DNA of 64,000 nucleotides from an uncultured Clostridia bacterium (lineage in GTDB: Bacteria > Bacillota_I > Bacilli_A > RF39 > UBA660): contig CAMUZE010000004.1 in NCBI GenBank assembly GCA_947165135.1, forward strand, positions 11,694-75,693, read 5' to 3'. The translations under genes were made by a program, and so were the position numbers. Below, piece after piece: positions 58,477 to 64,000 of the stretch. The first letter of the stretch is position 1; every line of letters starts with the position of its first letter. The notes under the pieces are model-generated. The model was not told the DNA's origin. It saw only the letters and a program-made list of their open reading frames with translations, and did no database searches.

Positions 58477-59655
58477 TTAAAATCTACTCGTAAATCTATA
58501 ACCTTTTGATGGAAATTTAACATAATTTCTAGGATTTTCATATGTACTTCCCTTCATTATTCCAAAGTGAAGATGAGGGCCAGTTGTACAATAGTCATAG
58601 CTTTCTCCACCACCACTTTTTCCAATTACAGTACTTATGGTTACATAATCATTTAATTTAACACTAATTGAATGCAAATGCATATATGCAGATGTATATT
58701 CCTTACCTTTTATCCTATGTTTTACATATACCTTATTACCACCACAACTTGAATTTCTTTTATTAGGGTTTGCAACTCTGACTATCTTAGTTACTATTCC
58801 AGGTGCTGCTGCATATACAGGAGTATTTGTTGGAGTTCCAATATCTATACCATTATGCATTCTATAATAATGGAGTGTTGGATGATATCTAAGACCATAT
58901 TCACTAGTGATAGTTCCACTTTTTAAAGGTCTTACAAATCCATCAGCGTATGGAACATCTATACAATCAATTATAGGCGTTGTTTCTTTACATCCCCTAT
59001 CTTTATATATTTTTTCATAAGCAGCCACTTCTTTCTTACTAGCCTCATAATCAGCTTTGGCGTCTTTATGATCATCAACTAAATCATCCATTGTTAAGTT
59101 ATATTTTTTCAACACATCATTTAACCTATCTATTGTATTTTCTGATTCGTCTATTTTATTTTCTAAATTAATTTGTTCTTGTTTATTTTTTTCTATAAGA
59201 TTATGCATTTCATCTATCAATTCATCATTATACTTAGTTAATTGTTCGACTATAGAAGAACGATATATAAAATCAGTAAATGTTTTTGCTTCGAATACAT
59301 ATTCCAAATACATATTATTTTCATCCATTACTTGTTTAAAACTTACTAACTTGTCTATTTCTTCTTTTTTATTTTCTATTCCTTCTTCAAGTTCAATTAC
59401 TTTTTCTTTAGAATCTTTAATAGACACTTCATAAGCATCTATTTCTTTTTCAATATTCTTTAAATCATTTTCGATGTTTTTAATATTGTTTTTAACTTGA
59501 TTCTGTTTGTTAGTAACTGAATTAAGCGTTGCTTTATCTTTTGCTAATTTATCTTTTAAATCTTTTAATGATGTTTTATTTGAAGATGCAAAAATATTAC
59601 TCATCATAAATGAGCACAAAAGCATTATAAGAATTATTTTTACTATCTTTTTCAT
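58477..59655 (-). CDS. M23 family peptidoglycan endopeptidase with N-terminal coiled coil (PcsB/EnvC-like architecture)
   Basis: It has a signal peptide and a coiled coil of about 200 aa. The M23 motifs are HNGIDIG, YMHLHS and GPHLHFG. Confidence 0.85.
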   Translation of the reverse strand: MKKIVKIILIMLLCSFMMSNIFASSNKTSLKDLKDKLAKDKATLNSVTNKQNQVKNNIKNIENDLKNIEKEIDAYEVSIKDSKEKVIELEEGIENKKEEIDKLVSFKQVMDENNMYLEYVFEAKTFTDFIYRSSIVEQLTKYNDELIDEMHNLIEKNKQEQINLENKIDESENTIDRLNDVLKKYNLTMDDLVDDHKDAKADYEASKKEVAAYEKIYKDRGCKETTPIIDCIDVPYADGFVRPLKSGTITSEYGLRYHPTLHYYRMHNGIDIGTPTNTPVYAAAPGIVTKIVRVANPNKRNSSCGGNKVYVKHRIKGKEYTSAYMHLHSISVKLNDYVTISTVIGKSGGGESYDYCTTGPHLHFGIMKGSTYENPRNYVKFPSKGYRFTSRF

Positions 59656-59686
59656 ATATACACCACTAACATTATATCAAATATTA

Positions 59687-60352
59687 TTACCATATATAAG
59701 GTATTAATCTATATTTTACTTTTTTCATGTAAGATTTATATCCTTTTAACTCTCTTTCTAAAATCATTTCTTCATTCTTTATTCTTTTAATAATAACAAC
59801 TGGATATATTAAAAATATTATAAATGATATTGGTGAGCCTAATATTAAAGGCATTGATAGAAATAGAGTTAATGTTATTAAATACATTGGATGTCTCACT
59901 ACTCCATATAGGCCAGTATCAACTAATTTTTGATTCTTTTTAACTTCAATTGTTCTTAACAAATAACTATTTTCTCTTAATATTTCTGCATATAAAACAT
60001 ATGAAATTATAAACATAATAGAAGATATAATAACATATATATTAGGTAATTCCATCCATTTGTATCTATAGTTTAATCCTGCGATAACAAAGCCAGATAT
60101 AAACATTACACTGCTTATAATTAAAACTACTTTTTGATCTTTTTCTTTTTCTTTTGCATTTAATCTATTTTTTAATAATACTGGATTTTTAATTAACATT
60201 ACTATTCCTGCGATAAACATAGGTATAAATAATAATCCAATAAATAACCATCCATTATAGTATTTTAATGAACCAGCAGGGACAAATATTAAAACGAATA
60301 CTAAAACTAGTCCTATTAAATATTTAGTTATTGCTTCTATAAATAATTTCAT
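59687..60352 (-). CDS. Isoprenylcysteine carboxyl methyltransferase (ICMT)/phospholipid methyltransferase family membrane protein
   Basis: Multi-TM protein with LVDTGLYGVVRHPMY...E motif. The likely start is MKLFIEA at 60352. Confidence 0.75.
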   Translation of the reverse strand: MKLFIEAITKYLIGLVLVFVLIFVPAGSLKYYNGWLFIGLLFIPMFIAGIVMLIKNPVLLKNRLNAKEKEKDQKVVLIISSVMFISGFVIAGLNYRYKWMELPNIYVIISSIMFIISYVLYAEILRENSYLLRTIEVKKNQKLVDTGLYGVVRHPMYLITLTLFLSMPLILGSPISFIIFLIYPVVIIKRIKNEEMILERELKGYKSYMKKVKYRLIPYIW

Positions 60353-60401
60353 ATCACTCACCATAATAATTATATCATAATAAAAAGAAAAACAGATATT
60401 T

Positions 60402-60959
60402 CTATCTGCTTTCTAAATATTTTACTAATTTTTTATATGAATCTGAGCTCCAAAATTTCCATCTTTCATTATCTGGAAAACATCCTAGTGTTTTTTCTTC
60501 TCCTTCTGGAATAAAAACAAAATCCCAACTCCATCCGTATGTCCCTGATTTTTTTATATCTATTTTTCCTTTTGTTATTCCTTCAAATACAACTGGTTCA
60601 CTACCTGGTTCACAATATGCAATTACTTCCTTGAAATACGCACTTCTGTCATCTATTCCTTCCATTAATTTTAATAATCCGTCTACTCCTATTGTATCAT
60701 CTGCGTAATGAGTATACACTCCTGGAAAACCTTTTAAAGCATTAACAAATAAACCTGTGTCATTTTTTAATACAGCTTTGCCCAGTTTTTCACATGCCCA
60801 CTTAGCAGAATATTTTGCCACTTCAGTTACGTCATCCGCTTGTATTTCCGGTGTTTCCATTTTAATATTATCAACTTCATATCCGAGTGGTTCTAAAACT
60901 TGTTTTGCACTATCAAGTTTAGCCCAATTGCCAGTTACATAAGTTATTGTTTTTTTCAT
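60402..60959 (-). CDS. Non-canonical purine NTP pyrophosphatase (Ham1/RdgB family)
   Basis: It has VTGNWAKL, NDTGLFVNALKGFPGVYT, DRSAYF and WSWDFVFIP. The start at 60959 is preceded by AAGGAG. Confidence 0.75.
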   Translation of the reverse strand: MKKTITYVTGNWAKLDSAKQVLEPLGYEVDNIKMETPEIQADDVTEVAKYSAKWACEKLGKAVLKNDTGLFVNALKGFPGVYTHYADDTIGVDGLLKLMEGIDDRSAYFKEVIAYCEPGSEPVVFEGITKGKIDIKKSGTYGWSWDFVFIPEGEEKTLGCFPDNERWKFWSSDSYKKLVKYLESR

Positions 60960-60963
60960 ATTA

Positions 60964-61644
60964 TTACTCCTTATAATATCTTGTATCAATTAATTGATAT
61001 GATTCATTAATTAATTCTATAATTTTATCATCATTTAATGTATCATTTAAAATAATAGAGACCCAATCTTTTTTACTCATATGATATGCTTCGAATATTC
61101 CTTTTATTTTTAATACATTTTCTATTTTGCTTCTAGAACATTTTACATTTATTATTTCTACTTCTCCATTGCCATCTTCTAATTTTGATAAATCAATATT
61201 CATAATTATACCGAACCATTTTCTATTTTTAACATTTCTATATATAGCACACCCTGGATATTTTTCCCATAAGAATTCTGGATCAACATTATATTGGTCT
61301 TTAATATATTTGCTGATTCTATTTGCCTGATTACTTATAAAATAATTGGTTTCAAAACAATTATTTCTAATATCAATTAATATATTTTTATACTCTTCTC
61401 TTATTTTATTTACAAATTCTCCAGTCATTTCTGTTCTTATATTTGTATATTCTTCATTAGTTTCATTATCAACTATTTTTCCTTTTACTGTTCCATCAGT
61501 TTTAATTGTGATAATAGCATTAAATTCTCCACTATGAAAATTGCATTCATATATATAATGTTCATTTTCTTTTTTGAAACCATAACTGATTAGTTTTTTT
61601 ATTATTAAATGAGTTCTTTTAAATATAGTGTTTTCTATATTCAT
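60964..61644 (-). CDS. MmcQ/YjbR family protein with N-terminal extension domain
   Basis: The C-terminal half (PEFLWEKYPGCAIYRNVKNRKWFGIIMNI...AYHMSKKDWVSI) fits the YjbR pattern. The start is M1 (61653) or M4 (61644). Confidence 0.65.
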   Translation of the reverse strand: MNIENTIFKRTHLIIKKLISYGFKKENEHYIYECNFHSGEFNAIITIKTDGTVKGKIVDNETNEEYTNIRTEMTGEFVNKIREEYKNILIDIRNNCFETNYFISNQANRISKYIKDQYNVDPEFLWEKYPGCAIYRNVKNRKWFGIIMNIDLSKLEDGNGEVEIINVKCSRSKIENVLKIKGIFEAYHMSKKDWVSIILNDTLNDDKIIELINESYQLIDTRYYKE

Positions 61645-61654
61645 AATAATCATC

Positions 61655-62602
61655 CTATTCTATTTCAAATTCTACCCAAATATAATACATATCATCTTCG
61701 CTAACCGGAATATCTGAATCGAATATTACATTTTTAACAAGTCTATATAATCCTTTAGGAAGTTCTCCATAATCACAAGACCAATCTTGTTTTAATTCAT
61801 GTGATTTACCCTCTTCAGCAATATAGCCTATATCATTAAATGTACATCCATCTTCAGTTGTAATTGCTAATTTTTCATAATCACCAATTTTAGAATTATA
61901 TTTTTCAACCCAAAAATAATTTCCGTAAGTAACGCCATAGTCTCCATTTAGTGTTATCACTACAGTGGCACCTGTTTTACTAAGAGTTCCTTCTTTAATA
62001 TAAATATCTATTATATCATTTAAGTCTCTATCTCTTAACATTTCACAAGTTCCACCATTTTTCTTAACATAATCATTAATTACATTAAATATTTGGTGTG
62101 CGTCCTCATATTTATTTAGTCCTAATATATCATTAAAATATGAATCTCCGCCTTCAGCAATTACTCTTCCCGTTAACTCCTCATATGCAATACTATAGCC
62201 ATGCTCTTCACCATATAATTTACAATGTATTGTTTCTTCTATTTCTCTTCCTGTATCTCTTCTAAAAAGATTTCTATATGCGATAAGCAATATAAAATAT
62301 AATAATATAAGTGCAGGTATACCAATTAAAACCCATTTAATTATCTTTAATATTAACCCTGCCAGTTTTTCAGTATTTGATACCTTTTCTACTAAAATAT
62401 TCTGAATATCATTATCAAGTAGTTCATCAATACTTACATTTAATTCTTTTGATAAAAGTTTTAATTGTTCTGGATTCGGAAATGTTTCCCCTAATTCCCA
62501 ATTACTAATTGTTTGTCTTGTTACATTTATTTTTTCCCCTAATTGTTCTTGTGAAAGACCTTTTTTCTTTCTTAATTTTAAAATATTATCTCCTAATTTC
62601 AT
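61655..62602 (-). CDS. Membrane-bound XRE-family HTH regulator with extracytoplasmic domain
   Basis: It has the HTH LRKKKGLSQEQLGEKINVTRQTISNWELG, a TM segment (WVLIGIPALILLYFILLIAY) and a C-terminal domain of about 200 aa ending LPKGLYRLVKNV...YYIWVEFEIE. The start at 62602 is preceded by AAGGAG. Confidence 0.75.
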   Translation of the reverse strand: MKLGDNILKLRKKKGLSQEQLGEKINVTRQTISNWELGETFPNPEQLKLLSKELNVSIDELLDNDIQNILVEKVSNTEKLAGLILKIIKWVLIGIPALILLYFILLIAYRNLFRRDTGREIEETIHCKLYGEEHGYSIAYEELTGRVIAEGGDSYFNDILGLNKYEDAHQIFNVINDYVKKNGGTCEMLRDRDLNDIIDIYIKEGTLSKTGATVVITLNGDYGVTYGNYFWVEKYNSKIGDYEKLAITTEDGCTFNDIGYIAEEGKSHELKQDWSCDYGELPKGLYRLVKNVIFDSDIPVSEDDMYYIWVEFEIE

Positions 62603-62707
62603 AATATCTCCTTTCAACAACAATTATAGTTTAATTATATTTAATAATCTATCAAATATCTTTGGAAATGTGTCAAAGATATTTAACATTTACTTACAAA
62701 TAAATTA

Positions 62708-63130
62708 TTATTTTAAATTTAGTTTTTTTAACTCTATCCAAACTAAAGGTGATACCATAGATTCTTTCAATGAATCTATATCATACCATTTTGCTCCTAA
62801 AGAGTCTTGACCATCAGCATCGTTTTTTAAATCTTTATTTTTTAAACTAACTTTATAAAATATGCCTATATGGTGCATATTCTCCATTTCTTCATGGTGT
62901 AACCAATCAACTACTACTGATTCAGCATCAAATAATTTATATGATTTAACATCTGCATTTAATTCTTCTTTTATTTCTCTCTTTAATGTTTCTTCTGGTT
63001 TTTCACCATGTTCAATACTTCCACCTGGCAAATCTAATTTTCCTGTATAAGCGCCTCTTGATTTTAATACAAGAGCAATTTTTCCACTATTAATAATTAA
63101 ACCATAAACTCCCAAATGTCTCTTTTCCAT
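62708..63130 (-). CDS. NUDIX hydrolase
   Basis: The Nudix box is GGSIEHGEKPEETLKREIKEELN. There is a GGAGG RBS upstream. Confidence 0.85.
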   Translation of the reverse strand: MEKRHLGVYGLIINSGKIALVLKSRGAYTGKLDLPGGSIEHGEKPEETLKREIKEELNADVKSYKLFDAESVVVDWLHHEEMENMHHIGIFYKVSLKNKDLKNDADGQDSLGAKWYDIDSLKESMVSPLVWIELKKLNLK

Positions 63131-63153
63131 AAAACCTCCTAATATAAAAACTA

Positions 63154-63897
63154 TTATTTTAATAACTTTTCAAATGCATTAGCATTTAATATTGTATTCG
63201 AAATAAATTCTCCTTTATAGAAGTTAGCCCAGTTATTTATTATACATGGTGCATTTTTAGCTTTTTCTAAAGAATCTATTTTTATAAAATTTAATTTAAT
63301 TCCTTTTTCTTTTGCATAATCAGATAATTCTTTAACTTCATACTCTACATAAGGACACTCATTAGAATAATAAATAGTAAAATCTTTATTATCTATTTTC
63401 ATTTCTCTAGCAGAATCATTAAATCTAGGAGTTTCTGATTCATCAAATTGTAATGCTAATAATTCATAATCTTTAATTGAATCTACAACTTTAAATCCAA
63501 AGTGTTCAAAGAATTTCTTTTCACCAAGGAATGGTTTCTTCTTTTCAGATACTAGTGTACATATTCCACTCATTTTTTTACTTTTTGCATCTTCAATTGC
63601 ATATTCTAATAATTCTTTAGCAATTCCTTTTCCTTTAAAACTTCCTGCTACCCAAAGGCAATAAATATATTCATAGTTTTTACCATTTATTGGCACCCAT
63701 GCTGTCTCAATAGGCTCATATTCAATAAAGATTTTACCTCTTGCATTTAGTTTTCTAAAAACATGTCCATCTTTTAATTTACTCTTAATCCATTCTTTCT
63801 TTTTATCTACTCCAACTTGATGTTTAGGATCACCTATCGCACAGCATATATGCTCATTATCTATATTTTCATCATTTAAATTAATATATTCATTCAT
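63154..63897 (-). CDS. GNAT N-acetyltransferase with C-terminal YoaP-like domain
   Basis: The GNAT core is FKGKGIAKELLEYAIEDAK. The C-terminal domain (YSNECPYVEYEV...PCIINNWANFYKGEFIS) resembles the YoaP-like domain. The likely start is MNEYINL at 63897, preceded by GGAGGA. Confidence 0.65.
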   Translation of the reverse strand: MNEYINLNDENIDNEHICCAIGDPKHQVGVDKKKEWIKSKLKDGHVFRKLNARGKIFIEYEPIETAWVPINGKNYEYIYCLWVAGSFKGKGIAKELLEYAIEDAKSKKMSGICTLVSEKKKPFLGEKKFFEHFGFKVVDSIKDYELLALQFDESETPRFNDSAREMKIDNKDFTIYYSNECPYVEYEVKELSDYAKEKGIKLNFIKIDSLEKAKNAPCIINNWANFYKGEFISNTILNANAFEKLLK

Positions 63898-63925
63898 AAT
63901 TTCCTCCATGTTTATTATAACATAA

Positions 63926-63948
63926 AAACTCCTATGATTTAGGAGTTT
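63926..63948 (-). terminator. Rho-independent terminator after the truncated upstream gene
   Basis: On the minus strand the hairpin AAACTCCT-AAATCAT-AGGAGTTT is followed by TTAT. Confidence 0.5.
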
Positions 63949-63951
63949 ATT

Positions 63952-64000
63952 TTAATAGTCGTCCATAGAACCTAGATATTGAGCAATTATATCTTTTGCT
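63952..64000 (-). CDS. 3' end of an unidentified CDS (starts beyond the window)
   Basis: My own translation gives ...AKDIIAQYLGSMDDY*, with the stop at 63954..63952. It is too short to assign. Confidence 0.3.
   Translation of the reverse strand, partial: AKDIIAQYLGSMDDY

Noticed and set aside
22947-59655. An apparent enrichment of peptidoglycan peptidases: two S11 carboxypeptidases, two VanY/M15B proteins and one M23 protein.
   Set aside because: They are dispersed among unrelated housekeeping genes and each has ordinary motifs. There is no evidence of a coordinated cluster or of van-type resistance genes (no vanH/A/X or vanRS).
1-64000. A search for CRISPR arrays, IS elements or transposases, integrases, prophage blocks, rRNA, restriction-modification systems and known defence genes.
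   Set aside because: I found no short direct-repeat/spacer arrays, no terminal inverted repeats flanking a transposase-like ORF, and no recombinase or RT motifs in any listed ORF. The window reads as a core chromosome.
1-64000. Extreme strand bias: only rnj, one hypothetical gene and tRNA-Ala are on the plus strand.
   Set aside because: This is expected for PolC-type Firmicutes when a window lies entirely on one replichore. It is not a feature in its own right.

Overview
This window is an AT-rich chromosomal segment from a low-GC Firmicute (Bacillota). It uses the standard genetic code: TGA is a stop and TGG encodes Trp. The content is almost entirely core housekeeping, and about 60 of about 63 genes lie on the minus strand, which suggests leading-strand co-orientation. 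Recognisable Bacillus-like synteny blocks are: dnaG-sigA-trmK; cdaA-cdaR; cdsA-rseP; ftsY-ylxM; yvcK; cysS; recA; rodZ-like-pgsA; gpsB-rnpB; priA-fmt; miaB; and RNase J. RNA genes are tRNA-Arg(CCU), tRNA-Ala(UGC) and the RNase P RNA. I found no transposase, integrase, CRISPR array, rRNA or recognisable defence island, so I cannot point to a clear novel system. The candidates most worth a second look are:
- A 1395-aa surface protein with 12 Listeria-Bacteroides-type repeats, a phosphodiester-glycosidase-like C-terminus and a perfect 477-bp-period tandem duplication.
- A tight 4-gene operon of ECF sigma, anti-sigma and two paralogous secreted proteins. The larger secreted protein has a C-terminal domain that recurs in a membrane-bound XRE regulator 30 kb away.
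- Orphan type IV pilin-like genes with no assembly machinery, found next to an SPFH/band-7 gene at two separate loci.
- A group-3-like sigma factor embedded among surface proteins that carry NPxT-type C-terminal anchors.
- An overlapping CYTH-like/Nudix gene pair.
- Smaller items: rnpB packed between gpsB and a rodZ-like gene with no terminators; a GCAAAC-N4-GTTTGC palindrome beside a consensus recA promoter; a tRNA-Ala with apparent C33; and an unannotated 33-codon ORF.
All family calls come from motif recognition by eye. No database search was run.
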